From: Chiloscyllium plagiosum
Lineage: Eukaryota
DNA length: 51,503 bases
Direction of reading: 5' to 3'
Assembly (NCBI RefSeq): GCF_004010195.1
Contig: NC_057719.1
Coordinates: forward strand, 37,562,704-37,614,206
Below the pieces are notes generated by a model. The model ran no database searches. It was given only the letters and a program-made list of their open reading frames with translations, and had not been told where the DNA came from. Positions 13,115 to 24,359 of this stretch are shown piece by piece. The position numbers and the translations under genes were made by a program. Every line of letters starts with the position of its first letter. Within the stretch, counting starts at the first letter, position 1.

Positions 13115-13203
13115 GATGAAGGGCTTTTGCCGGAAATGTCGATTTCGCTGCTCCTTGGATGCTGCCTGAACTGCTGTGTTCTTCCAACACCACTAATCCA
13201 GAA
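13115..13203 (+). mobile_element. Short Penelope-derived repeat (family A variant) inserted in the minisatellite
   Basis: Flanked by the direct repeat cctagcccctccct (13101-13114 and 13204-13217). Contains ctgatga-a-gggc-tttt-gccg-gaaa-tgtc. Confidence 0.85.
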
Positions 13204-14532
13204 CCTAGCCCCTCCCTCACTGAGTCCCAGCCCTGCAGGCCTTTGAAGATCTGGCCCAACACAGATTAAGAGGGAAAAAAATATCTTGTATTGTCCCTTT
13301 CATGATTTCAGTACGTTCCAAAGAGCTTTTACTACATCAGTGATGTTAACACTGTGAATAGTGAAGCAAAATGTGAAGATCCTGAAGAGTATTCTTTCGA
13401 GTCAGAGAGTCACAGAGACGTACTGCATGGAAACAGACCGTTCGGTCCAGCTCATCCATGCCGATCAGATATCCCAAACTAATCTAGTCCCACTTGCCAG
13501 CATATGGCCAATATCCCTCCAAACGCTTCCTATTCTTATACCCATCCAGGTGCCTTTTGAATGTCGCAATTGTACCAGCCTCCGTCACTTTCTCTGGCTG
13601 TTCATTCCATACATGCATCACCCTCTGTGTGAAATAGTTGACCCTTAGGTCTCTTTTGTATCTTTCCCCTCTCACCCTAAACTCATGCCCTCTAGTTCTG
13701 GACTCCCCCACCCCAGGGAAAAGACCTCGCCTATTCACCCTATCCATGCCCCTCATAATTTTATAAACATCTATAAGGTCACCCCTCAACCTCCGACGCT
13801 CCGAAGCCTATTCAACCTCTCCTTATAGCTCAAGTCCTCCAACCCTGGCAACATCCTTGTCAATACTTTCTGAATCTTTCCCATAGCAAGGAGACCAGAA
13901 TTGCACACAATATTGTAAAAGTGGTCTAACCAACATCCTGTACAGCCACAACATGACCTCCCAACTCCTATAACCAATAAAGGAAAGTATGCCAAACGCC
14001 TTCTTCACTATTTTGCGATTCTACTTTCAAAGAGCTATGAACCTGCACTCCAAGGTCTCTTTGTTCAGCAACACTCCCTAAGACCTTACCATTAAGTGTA
14101 TAAGTCCTATTAAGATTTGTTTTCCCAAAATGCAGCACCTCGCATTTATCTAAATTAAACTCCATCTGCCACTCCTCAGCCCATTGGCTGATCAAGATCT
14201 TGATGTAATCTGAGGTAACCTTCTTCACTGTCCACTACACCTCCAAATTTGGTGCCATCTGCACACTTACTAACTGTACCTCCTGTGTTCACATCCAAAT
14301 CATTTATATAAAAGATGAAAAGTAATGGTCCCAGACTGATCCTTGTGGCACTCCACTGGTCACAGGCCTCCAGTCTGAAAAACAACCCTCCACCACCACC
14401 CTCTGTCTTCTACCTTCGAGCCAGTTCGTATCCAAATGGTGAGCTCTCCCTGTATTTCATGAGATCTAACCTTGCTAACCAATCTCCTATGCTAACCATG
14501 TCGACTGCCTTACTGAAGTCCATATAGATCAC

Positions 14533-14633
14533 TTTCCTCATTCCTGAAGAAGGGCTTATGCCCGAAACGTCGATTCTCCTGTTCCCTGGATGCTGCCTGA
14601 CCTGCTGCGCTTTTCCAGCAACACATTTTCAGC
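14533..14633 (+). mobile_element. Short Penelope-derived repeat (family A) inserted in the CR1
   Basis: 14-bp TSD tccatatagatcac at 14519-14532 and 14634-14647. Confidence 0.9.
14542..14573 (+). ncRNA. Minimal type-I hammerhead ribozyme core
   Basis: CUGAAGA-A-GGGC-UUAU-GCCC-GAAA-CGU-C. All conserved core nucleotides are present, stem III is reduced to the palindrome ACGU, and stem I is very short. Confidence 0.7.
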
Positions 14634-14859
14634 TCCATATAGATCACGTCCATCGCTCTGCCCTAACCATGATATAATCCACTGAAGGCTGTGAAATGTG
14701 CACCAGGTTTGCCTGTTCTCTCTAAAAAGCAATAGATTTTGGTCAAGTTGATTCACAAGGGATATATTTACATAAAGCCATTGTTTTGGAGTTTTTTAAT
14801 GCAGGTAAATGTAAGAAAGTAACACATTCTAAGTAAAGAAAAGATTAGGAGCATTAAGA

Positions 14860-15270
14860 AATAACTTGGTTAAAGGGGTGGATTTTGAAGGGGGTATTAA
14901 ATGAAGTGAGAGTGGTGAAGCAATACAGAAATTTATGAAAGGAAATTCACAGTGCAGTACCTAGAGCAAGACTCAAACTAGTGCAGCAAGGTCACAGAAA
15001 AACAAAGAGCTCTGTGGAGATTATTAGAGCTGGAGAAGATTACAATGACAGTAGATTCGAGAGGGTTAGATGCTAAAAATTGAGGTGCTGGAAGGGAATA
15101 GTTGTCAATATAGATGGGTAAGGAAAAGGCTGAGTGAGACTTGGTGCATGAATTTGAATGAGCTGAAATTTCTGGAGGGTGGATGATAAGAGATCTCCTT
15201 TTGGAGCATGAGAGTCATTATGACTGGAGGTGACAAAGAGAAGAATAAGAGTTTTAGTCAATGTAGGGTT
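14860..15270 (-). mobile_element. Very old L2-like LINE fragment
   Basis: Purine-rich degenerate segment resembling 46060-46380. Assigned by recognition only. Confidence 0.3.
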
Positions 15271-16254
15271 TGTGACAAATGTTAAAAGTGTTAGATGAGC
15301 TACTAATCTATAAAGTAGAGGACTTGAGTATGAAACTTAGCCTGGAGAATAGGTTTCCCCAACAGAACAGAAAGAGAGTATTCGTATTCATTACTCACAA
15401 CAAATGCAATATGGATCAATATCAATAAGTGCTTTCAGTGTGTAACTTTACGCCACATTTCACCCAATAATCAAATAAATTGATTTAAATATGGTAGCCT
15501 TGTTTATCCTCAGGTTTCTTGCTGCAATCAGAGAATGCCATGCTTTATATTCAAAATTACACAGAATGGTATCAAATTGCATTGGGAAGACAATGGCAGG
15601 TATGAATTGTTGACAAATGAGATTAGTAAGAGTGGTGAAGCTTTTCTAATTGCTTTCTTCACTGATTCTGTTATATTTTGTTGCAGAGTCTGATTGCTTT
15701 GTGGGGGATGAAAGGGGATCGATTTTTGTACTGGTTAAAAAAAAGTAGATCAAACCGTTGCCCAGTAGCTTTTTAAAGCATGATGATCAAATCCAGGTTA
15801 AATATATTCCAGCACAGAGTGAAAGGGATATGTTGAAGGCAAGGCTTTCATGGATAAATAGAAATGTTAGATCCAAAAATTTGATTTCAGAAAAAGGTAT
15901 GTTATAAGAATAAAATGCAGTGGAGCTGAGATGATAACCTTAATTTTCATAATAAAATGATATAAAATGTAATGTGATTCTGGATGACTAGCTTGATGTC
16001 TGACACAAATGTTGTAGTCTTTGTGCTCCTTCCTGAGCCCCACCCAAGAAACAAGTGTTGGGCATTATATATTTATCGTAAACACACAAACAGAGTTTTA
16101 TCAGACCTTTTCCAAGCGACATAGAAACAGCTAGCAAGAGCCAGCAATTGCACGTGGTTTTAGTGAGCTGGTGTAAAACCTACGGTCGAGAAAATGGATA
16201 ACATTAGCTTTTAGATTCAGGAGTTGTGATTTGTGACCTCCCCACGCCTGGAAG

Positions 16255-16370
16255 AATCCTAGAATCCCTACAGTGTGGAAACAATCCTAGAATCCCTACA
16301 GTGTACAAGTCCACGCTGATTGTCCAAAGAGCATCCCTCCTCAACTCACCACCCTCATCTATCCAGCTCA
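16255..16370 (-). mobile_element. 3' tail fragment of HE1/CR1-type element with a short tandem duplication
   Basis: aatcctagaatccctacagtgt occurs twice in tandem, followed by caagtccac..ctgat.. resembling the HE1 3' end. Confidence 0.55.
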
Positions 16371-16479
16371 CCTACAAGGTTTTAAATGTGGCAATGAACC
16401 TTGCTGTCAGAAGACAGCCCTGGAGACATTTTTCTAGATCTTGCAGCACAGTCGAATTGCTTCTCTGAAAAGCCAGTTG

Positions 16480-17290
16480 CAATGTAAATTCTTAGAATGC
16501 GATCATCAGAACAGTCAGAAGCATCCACTGTAATGGAAGTGGTATTGGATGCAACAGTAGTGCCACTTGGCACAGAAGAGATGCCATAGTTCTATAGGAG
16601 ACCCTCAGATAGCAATGGAAACAAGAGGCTGATGGGCAACTCCTGTAGTCTGGATGAGGGACAATGCCTGAAATGCTACAAGGTGTTCAATGACTTTCTA
16701 TGGGTGGTCAAGGTCAGTGAATACATTCGCACATCGCTACTCATTGCTCTATCAATCTCTCATGTTGCTTAACGCATCGCCCTCACCAGCAGCACTCCCT
16801 GGTGTGCAGCAACAATAGCTAATGTCCAGATGCTCCACCTATCAATGCTGTCAGCTTCATATCCACCTCTCATTGCCTGCACATACACTTGGGTATTCAG
16901 CCACAGCAGGTACACAATCTAAACACATGGAAGCACAACTAATGATTTCCTGCTGTACAGTATTACTCTTGCAGGACAAGGCAGTATCCAATAGAGGAAA
17001 GCAAAGAATAGACAGGAGACAGGATGTCTGCATCTCCTGAGGCAAATGGAGGTGATGCAAGCCCACAGCATCCAATATCACTGGGAATACTGAGCTGGAT
17101 GATATATTACTGTCTTATGAGCCCTTATGAACTCCCATCTGACCCTCATATCACCAATGGCATAGTGAACAAGCTCCAGATATTGCAACCATGGACCTTG
17201 CCCCTGACATCCCCTTCCCTCCAAAATAACTTTTCCCTTTGGTCTTTCTGCTTTCAGACTCCCAAGGGCCTCCCTACCCACAGGAGTTTA
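16480..17290 (+). mobile_element. Degenerate Harbinger-like Myb/SANT-gene remnant
   Basis: aaatgctacaaggtgttcaatgact reads KCYKVFND, resembling the QCRKRFNDL helix of Myb/SANT-like trihelix domains. It is followed by aggtcagt, a donor-like site. Confidence 0.3.
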
Positions 17291-17307
17291 AGGTAGCTGA
17301 TGACAAA

Positions 17308-18262
17308 TGGTGTTCCATAGTGTTGGGACGATAGCTTTTCACTTCAAATAATTAATGATCTAGATGAAGGAACTGAGGGCATTCTGGCTAAGTTTGCAGA
17401 TGATACAAAGATAGGTAGAGGGACAGGGAGCATTGAAGAGGCAGGGAGGCTACAGAAGATTTGGACAGATTAGGAGAGTAGGCAAAGAAGTGGCAGATGG
17501 AGTACAATGTGGGAAAGTGTACGGTCATGCATTTTGGTAGGAAGAATAGAGGCATAGACTATTTTCTAATTGGGGTGAAAATTCAGAAGTCTGAAGTGCA
17601 AAGAGGCTTGGGAGCTCTAGTCCAGGATTGTCTCAAAGTAAACTCACAGGTTGAGTCATTAGTTCAGAAGGGCAATGCAATGATGGCATTTATTTTGAGA
17701 GGATTTGAATATAAAAGCAGAGATTTACTTCTGAGGCTCTATAAGGTTCTGGTCGGGCCACATTTGGAGTATTGTGCACAGTTTTCAGCCCCATATCTCA
17801 GGAAGGATGTACTGGCCCTGGAGCGTGTTCAGAGGAGGTTCACAAGAATGGTCACAGGAATGAAAAGCTTAACATATGAGGAATGTTTGAGGATGCTGGG
17901 TTTATACTCGATAGACTTTAGAAGAATGAGGGGGCCTCAAATTGAAATGACCTGGACAGAATGGATGTTGGGAAGATGTTTCCATTGGTAGGAGAGACTG
18001 GGACCTGTGGGCACAGCCTTAGAGTAAAGGGAAGACATTTTGGAATGGCAATAAAAAGAAATTTCTTCAGCCAGAGAGTGGTGAATCTATGGAATTCCTT
18101 GCCACAGAAGGCTGTGAAGACCAGGTCATTGAGTATATTTAAAACTGAAATAGATAGGTTCTTGATTGTCAAGGAGTTAAGGGTTACAGGGAGAAAGCAG
18201 GACAGTGGGGTGGAGAAACCCACTGAATGGTGGAGTAGACTCAGCTGCTCCTATGTCTTATA
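17308..18262 (+). mobile_element. 5'-truncated CR1 LINE (second family), RT C-terminus and 3' end
   Basis: INDLD..LAKFADDTK, MEYNVGKCTVMHFG, LVGPHLEYCAQF and RNFFSQRVVNLWNSLP, with a tail of cctatgtcttat. Confidence 0.92.
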
Positions 18263-18384
18263 GAGGTGGAGGGAGAGCAAAGGCACAGTATTAACAAAGA
18301 GGCTCTGTCAATTGATCTGACACTTACAATCATCAACTCAGATACTGACACTGTACATGCCTTGAATGTTAGATTTAGGATCAG

Positions 18385-19010
18385 CTTGAAAACAGACACT
18401 TGGGTCCAACTTGTCCATGCTGACTGATGGGCAGCACGGTGGCACAGTGGTTAGCACTGCTGCCTCACAGCACCAGAGACCCGGGTACAATTCCTGCCTC
18501 AGGTGACTGACTGTGTGGAGTTTGCACATTCTCCCCGTGTCTGCGTGGGTTTCCTCCGGGTGCTCTGGTTTCCTCCCACAGTCAAAAAATGTGCAGATTA
18601 GGTGAATTGGCTATGCTAAATTGCCCGTAGTGTTAGGTGAAGGGATAAATGTAGCGGAATGGGTCTGGGTGGGTTGCGGGTCGGTGTAGACTTGTTGGGC
18701 CGAAGGGCCTGTTTCCACACTGTAAGTAATTTAATCTAACTAGTTCCATTTGCCTGCATTTGGCCCATATCCCTTTAAACCTTTCCTCTTCATGTATCTG
18801 TCTAAATGTCCTTTAAATATTATAACTGCACCTGCATCTACCACTTCCTCTAGCAGTTCATTCCAATTAAGAACCCCCCTCTGTGTGAAAACGTTGCCTC
18901 TTAGGTCCCTTCTAAACCTTTCTCCTCTCGCCCTCTAGTTTTGAATTCCCCCACCCTACGGAAAGATCTTTACTATTCATATTATCTATACCTCTCATGA
19001 TTATATAAAC
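18385..19010 (-). mobile_element. CR1 3'-end fragment interrupted by an HE1 SINE
   Basis: ggtccaacttgtccatgctgac | ctagttccatttgcctgcatttggcccatatccc..., colinear with 13430-13780. Confidence 0.8.
18429..18739 (+). mobile_element. HE1-type SINE (tRNA head, central domain, CR1-derived tail)
   Basis: gggcagcacggtggcacagtggttagcactgctgcctcacag, with A/B boxes and an (aatct)n-like tail. Near-identical copies occur at 34101, 37053 and 48575. Confidence 0.95.
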
Positions 19011-19745
19011 ACATACAGTAAATCATGTGGACATGTGTGGACAATGATCAGCAGGCCCAGGATGGTTCATTTGAAAATGGTTTTTGATTTGTCAGCTCAC
19101 CAGAGGGTGAGGTGCAGCTATGGACTGATGCTGAGGGTTTAAATTAGTGCCCTGTTGGAGTGGCATACAGGAGAGCACAGAATGTAGGACGCAATGCTGA
19201 GTGTCCTGGCCAGAAGGCAGCCTCCCATAAAGGTCAAGGGCTGTGGAGCAGTCTAGCTCCAAATTATTGTGGGAATGGCACAGAGCTGCCACGTTGCTAA
19301 TTCAGTTGGATCTCCACGCCATGCTGCAGACTCTGAGGCACTTGACACCACTGTACCCATGCTTGTTCCAATGCCACATTCACTACTGCCATCATTCTGA
19401 GGAGAGGCAACACTTTCTGTTAATGTAGGAACTCACTAAAATATCACCAAAAATATCCTAGAATATTACCAGGTGGTTTGCAACAGAAAAACCTCACAAA
19501 AGAAGCCAGCGGTATGCCTGATTCTTTAAATAAAACTACTACAGAACTCATCTTGCGTGCAAACTTATTTGTCATGGCTAAACAATGCAGACGCTGCCTG
19601 TACATTTGTTACTCAATTCTGGGATTCAGTCTGGCATCAGTCGTTTGGGCTATTTGGTATCAGCTTCCATGACCAAAAGTCAAAACCTCAAAAACTATGG
19701 ACATTTTCAAACTGTATTTCAAAAATGTGTGTCGTGAAAGAGGAC

Positions 19746-20797
19746 TGTTACAGGCAAAACTGGCTGCAAATGTGAACTAACTGGCTGTGTGGAAAGAGAG
19801 AGAGAGAGAGAGAAATACGTAAAATGCCTGAATTTGCAAAAGGAACTTCAAACTTCAAACTCCTTAAAGGGGGGACTCTACAAAGATAATTAGGGTCTGA
19901 AAACTCCCCTGGTCAACAGCAATCCACCCTGCAAATTATTTTCCAAACTGCAGATGTATTTTGTGTTTTCCCCTTTGCAGAGTACACAAAAACTGGGTTT
20001 AAAAAAAACAGTTTCAACTCTTCTGGTATGGGGTAGTGGGTCAGAGGTTCTGTGTGCCAGTGGACTAAGCTATTCATGTGTAGTAGCCTGAGCTTAACAG
20101 TTAACATGTAGTGAAGGTGACAGCTGAAGGAACGATCTCCTAGTCACCCTTGTATCATAGGTAAAAGGATTCACTCACCCTGAGTGCTGGGGGTCTGCTA
20201 CCTAGCAAGCCAGACCAAAGGAAAAAGACAACAAAAGGATTACTTCTCATTCTGAAATCTGGAATTCAGTCACCATAAAAAGGAAAGAGAACAACATGAT
20301 CTCCAGTACCCTGCAAAACTAGGAATCTCATAATCAACTGTTTACCTACCAATATCAACATGACCAGTAACTTTCACTGCAAAATTCAACTATTCAACTA
20401 TCTACCCTTCATAAAGATTTCAGAGTCTGATTTGTATATATTTTTAAATTTTTCTCATTTTAGTTTCAATTCTTATTTCTAATCTGGGTGTATGTGGTGC
20501 ATTACTAATACTAGCAATGAATAACCATACTTTTCATTAGCACATGAAAGCCTTTTTAAATTGCTCCTTTGAAAACATAAGTTAATATGGGTTTGGAAGA
20601 AAGATATTCACAAGGGAAGCGAGCCATTTTGAAAGAACCATGTTGTGACCAGTCAAGAGGGCAGGTGAATGAAGAAGGGGATCTCGATCATCCCTCACAC
20701 AGCACACAGAACCTCATATTGGGAGCTTAACAATTTGGGGTATCCTGTTTCACACTGTAACAAATCGAAGAACCTCACCCAAGGTCTGAGTGTAACA
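19746..20797 (+). mobile_element. LTR-like segment (degenerate, possible solo LTR)
   Basis: tgttaca...tgtaaca inverted ends and an internal AATAAA at ~20520. No TSD seen, and the 5' boundary is uncertain. Confidence 0.3.
19795..19813. repeat. (GA)n microsatellite
   Basis: Direct read of the sequence. Confidence 0.9.
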
Positions 20798-20814
20798 AAC
20801 CAGGATAGCACCAA

Positions 20815-20953
20815 GGAGAAAGTGAGGACTGCAGATGCGGGAGATCAGAGCTGAAAATGTGTTGCTGGAAAAGCGCAGCAGGTCAGGCAGCATCCAGGGA
20901 ACAGGAGAATCGACGTTTCGGGCATAAGCCCTTCTTCAGATTCTCCTGTTCCA
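20815..20953 (-). mobile_element. Short Penelope-derived repeat (family A) with a small inversion
   Basis: 14-bp TSD caggatagcaccaa at 20801-20814 and 20954-20967. Confidence 0.9.
20898..20952 (-). ncRNA. Hammerhead ribozyme core closed by a 13-bp stem
   Basis: Minus strand reads GGAACAGGAGAAU-CUGAAGA-A-GGGC-UUAU-GCCC-GAAA-CGU-C-G-AUUCUCCUGUUCC. Confidence 0.65.
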
Positions 20954-22242
20954 CAGGATAGCACCAAACCAACATTATCCATCACTCAAAGCCTGTATGC
21001 ACCTATATTCTCAGAAAGCATTGAACAGGATGCGTAGTAAATGAAACATCCTGCACTGAGGATCAGAGGTAGTGTTGCAAGAAGCTACACCAGATTCTGC
21101 ATCTCTCCACAAATCACTTAAAAGAATTAACAGCATTATCATGCTTCTTTCTTTGTTATCTCTGCAGCTCAGTGGAGAAGGCAAAGAGAAAGAGAGCTCT
21201 GCATTCATCTACTCATATTTCCTTTTGTCGTCAATCCCTCCTTCCCATTCTTTCTTAACATTATTATCTTGCTAAATTTAAAATACCGTCAAAAAGTGAA
21301 AGAAGTGTTGATGGACATTGACTAATTACGATCAACACTGTTTTAGATATTGGGAACACGGTATAATACACATACACGTTCTACCAGTTTGTTGTAAGAT
21401 GGTCACTGCAGTGTAAACTACAATGTGCTGTGTGGTTTTGATAGCTGGGATGTCAACTGTAATCCATACTCCCAATTTTAGGTCGCTTTCTTTGTTTAAA
21501 ACAAGACCATTTGCAAATGAAATTGGAGCAGTCAGCCACTTTATCACATCTTTCCTTTCATACCACTTTTCATGTCTTTGTCGCACTCTCTCAAAAGTGC
21601 CACTGAAAGCTGTGAGATAAACTGGCTGGTTTCTGACATTTTGACTTGACTGCAGATTGCTTTCACTGGCTTTTGTTTGATGATTCTGTAAACCAAGGAG
21701 CACGTCAGGGTAAAGCATTGGCTAACATGCTTCATTACCCATCAGGTTTCTGGACATAACAATGATTTGTTGTGAAACTCCATTGTGAGGACAACCATAG
21801 ACTCACAGGCACTCACAGTCAAAATGACCACAGGATTATTCTTGCTCGAAGCACTAAAGAGGGAGTGACAGGACCATCTGCCATTCCTAGCTAGCCAGCC
21901 CGATCAGAAGCTTGCCATTTGTTTGGCAGTGGGAGTAGAACAAGGGGAGAATGCCGACTAGCTGAATGAGACATGGACCTAAGGCCTAAAGTTAATTCAA
22001 GGAGGGCTGAGGGTGCACAATGATTACAAGCCAATTGACCTGGGGTGAGGGAGGAGACAGGTCAGTGGTGAGGACAGCAATGGGAGGGTGCATTTTGAAA
22101 TTTATGTTTCCTGAGGGGAGCACTGGATCCGACTGCCTGCAGGAGAGATTGGTATTTTCAAAAAAGCTTACAGGGTCATTGGAAACAAAAAACACATTAA
22201 CCATCAATTAATCTCCATAAAGAGCTCATTAAGGGTCCTTTC

Positions 22243-22450
22243 TTTTTATACTTTCACAGGATGAAAGTATGGCTGGCTAGGTCAGCATTTATTGCCCATC
22301 CCATAGGGCAGTCAAGAGTCAACCACATTGCTTTGGGGAGGAAGTCTCATGTGGACCAGATGAGGTAAGGATGGCAGTTTCCTCCCCTAAAGGACATTAT
22401 TGAATCAGATGGGTTTTTCCAACAACTGACAATGGATTTATGGTCATCAA
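22243..22450 (-). mobile_element. tRNA-derived SINE fragment (same family as 354-698)
   Basis: cagcatttattgccc..gggcagtcaagagtcaaccacattgct..ggtaaggatggcagtttcct..taaaggacatta is a reverse-complement match to 490-698. Confidence 0.75.
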
Positions 22451-22576
22451 TGGGATTTTCAAGCTTTTTAAGGAAACAAAGCCAAATAAATGTAATGTGC
22501 ACAGTTTCCAGGTTGGTGTGGGGCAAAATAAAATTTGTTTCCTAATGCTTTTTGGGAAATCTCAGATGAATTAGTC

Positions 22577-22694
22577 TCTGATGAAGGATTTTTGCCAAAA
22601 TGTTGATTCTCCTGCTCCTTGGATGCTGCCTGACCTGCTGTGCTTTTCCAGCACCACACTCTGATCTCCAGCATCTGCAGTCCTCAGTTTCTCC
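22577..22694 (+). mobile_element. Short Penelope-derived repeat (family A), decayed hammerhead
   Basis: ctgatgaaggatttttgccaaaatgttgattctcctgctccttggatgctgcc. Confidence 0.85.
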
Positions 22695-23499
22695 TAGTTG
22701 AAAATCTAGCTGCTGGTTTTATGATCAAGTAAAACTGTTGTTCAAATTTGCTTTTCACACAACAACCTCTATCCTTTCGCAACCATTAGTTTGGTTGGTG
22801 TTTGCCCAAGAATTCACAGCCACTTAACAAAGTGACCTAAAACAGCTGCTTGATTCTGGTTAGGAGAAGCAATGGGCATTAACAGACTTCATGAGGGACC
22901 AGAGCTGTCAACATAATATGCCAAACTCAGTGCACAAGTGACATTTCATAATGGACTGTGCCTTTGCCCTCCCCATCCCAAAATGGCTGCTGCACTTTCA
23001 AATCTTTAACCCCAGGTCTTTTCCTGGCTGAGCAGTTAATGCTTCAGCATGGATAGCCTGGTTTGCAGCTCACTGAGAGTTTTTAGTGCCCAGGCCAATT
23101 TACACTCTGCTTTTTCACCTTGGCAGGCATCCAATTCCTTGATCCTGTTTACAATGCCTTCCAAATGCTGCTGGAAGGCCCCAGTTCCTTCTCATATGCA
23201 TGAGCATATTTGGTGTGTGTTGATTAATATTTGCTAACCCGAGTGTAACCAGAAATCAGCCTGGAGTGAGGCCAGGTTTCCCACTGCAGAATTTCCCTGT
23301 AAGTAACAATACCGTCTAACTTCCTCCCTCTTTTCCATTGCCATTTCTGTGAAATCTCTGAACTCTATGCTTGCACAAACTCAATATTGAATTCAATCAT
23401 TTTAGAGCGTAAACACTTTCTTCCATGACCTTTACCCATCTCCACACAGTAGGCCCTATTGTGACATGAGCTGCTTTCAGCGTTACCAACCCATTTTCA

Positions 23500-23765
23500 C
23501 CTACTTTCCTTTCTCATGAGCATTCTATTATCCAACCCTCTGTCTCCCTAACACTATTCTCTCTGTCAGGAATCCACCTTTGCCCATCCTTCCCCCTCCC
23601 CCCAGTCTTCAGCGTATATACCATCTTTCCCCAGCTATTATTAATTTTGAAGAAGAGTATTAGACTTGAAACATTAACTGTTTTCTCTCCCCACACCCAC
23701 AAAGTTTCTCCAGCAATTTCTGCTGTTGTTTCCACATTTCCAACATCCACAGTTCTTACTACTTT
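23500..23765 (+). mobile_element. Old Penelope-type terminal repeat (family D) with a hammerhead remnant
   Basis: ttgaaga-a-gagt-attag-actt-gaaa-cat-t at 23647-23675, then the family D body. Confidence 0.6.
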
Positions 23766-24359
23766 ATTACTAAAGGTGGTGAGCTCTGTAATACCCATCT
23801 GTTTTAGTTTGAAGTAAATGTCAGTCAAGAGTAGACAAAAAAACTCCTGGTCCAAAGGCTAACTGTGGAACAGATGGATGCTGGAACACAGAATTAAGTG
23901 ATTATCTCCCAGTTCTTTATTTAGTACTGTAAACTTTGCTCTCTTTAAACATCAACACTACAGTCCTAGATAAATAAATATGCACACTGAAGTCTCGAAA
24001 TTACAAGTGTGCATTAGAACAAACACTTTAAAGTATTTGTCTTAAATTTCTCGCTGCTATTTTAATGGAGGCATTTAAAGTAAATATTTAACAACTCTGA
24101 AAATCTTATGGGCAGAGGATATCAGGTGAACATGTTAAGACCCTCTCTCCTTGGCACATTTGGAGGTGTCATCTAAGTTATCCCAACTAAAAGGTGGTAT
24201 ATATGCTGAAAACATGAGGGGAGGGATGATGGTAAAGGAGTAAATGGTAGATGTAGATGGAAAGCAAAGAGAGAGATCAGCAGCTGGGCACACAAAATCA
24301 GGCCTCCTCACAATGGTGGTGCTGTTGTTGTCTAGTACGTTGGCCTGTACATTTCCGAT

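Larger units (their letters stand above)
11805..13235. repeat. 22-bp C-rich minisatellite (consensus ~ccctcactgagtcccagcccca) spanning an N gap
   Basis: Tandem units visible on both sides of the gap, with a period of 22 (e.g. cctcactg at 11901 and 11923). Confidence 0.95.
13399..14663 (-). mobile_element. 5'-truncated CR1 (HER1-like) LINE, RT C-terminal half and 3' tail
   Basis: Peptides LGPLLFIFYINDLD..VSKCADGTK, WAEEWQMEFNLDKCEVLHFG and RGDLIDVYKIMRG. The 3' tail has ctctgtgactct repeats. Same family as 38450-43520. Confidence 0.95.

Noticed and set aside
11805..13235. Regularly spaced repeats as a possible CRISPR array
   Set aside because: The units are head-to-tail with no unique spacers, the context is vertebrate, and there are no cas genes.
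18429..18500. tRNA-like A/B boxes as tRNA genes (also at the other HE1 heads and ~360-440)
   Set aside because: They are SINE heads continuing into SINE bodies, with no complete cloverleaf.
19030..19460. Possible Harbinger transposase remnant (TALDLYG, similar to the ALNFYA region)
   Set aside because: The similarity is too faint to call by eye.
21332..21718. 128-aa minus-strand ORF in unique sequence
   Set aside because: Non-ATG start, no recognisable motif and no convincing splice sites. It cannot be supported without a homology search.
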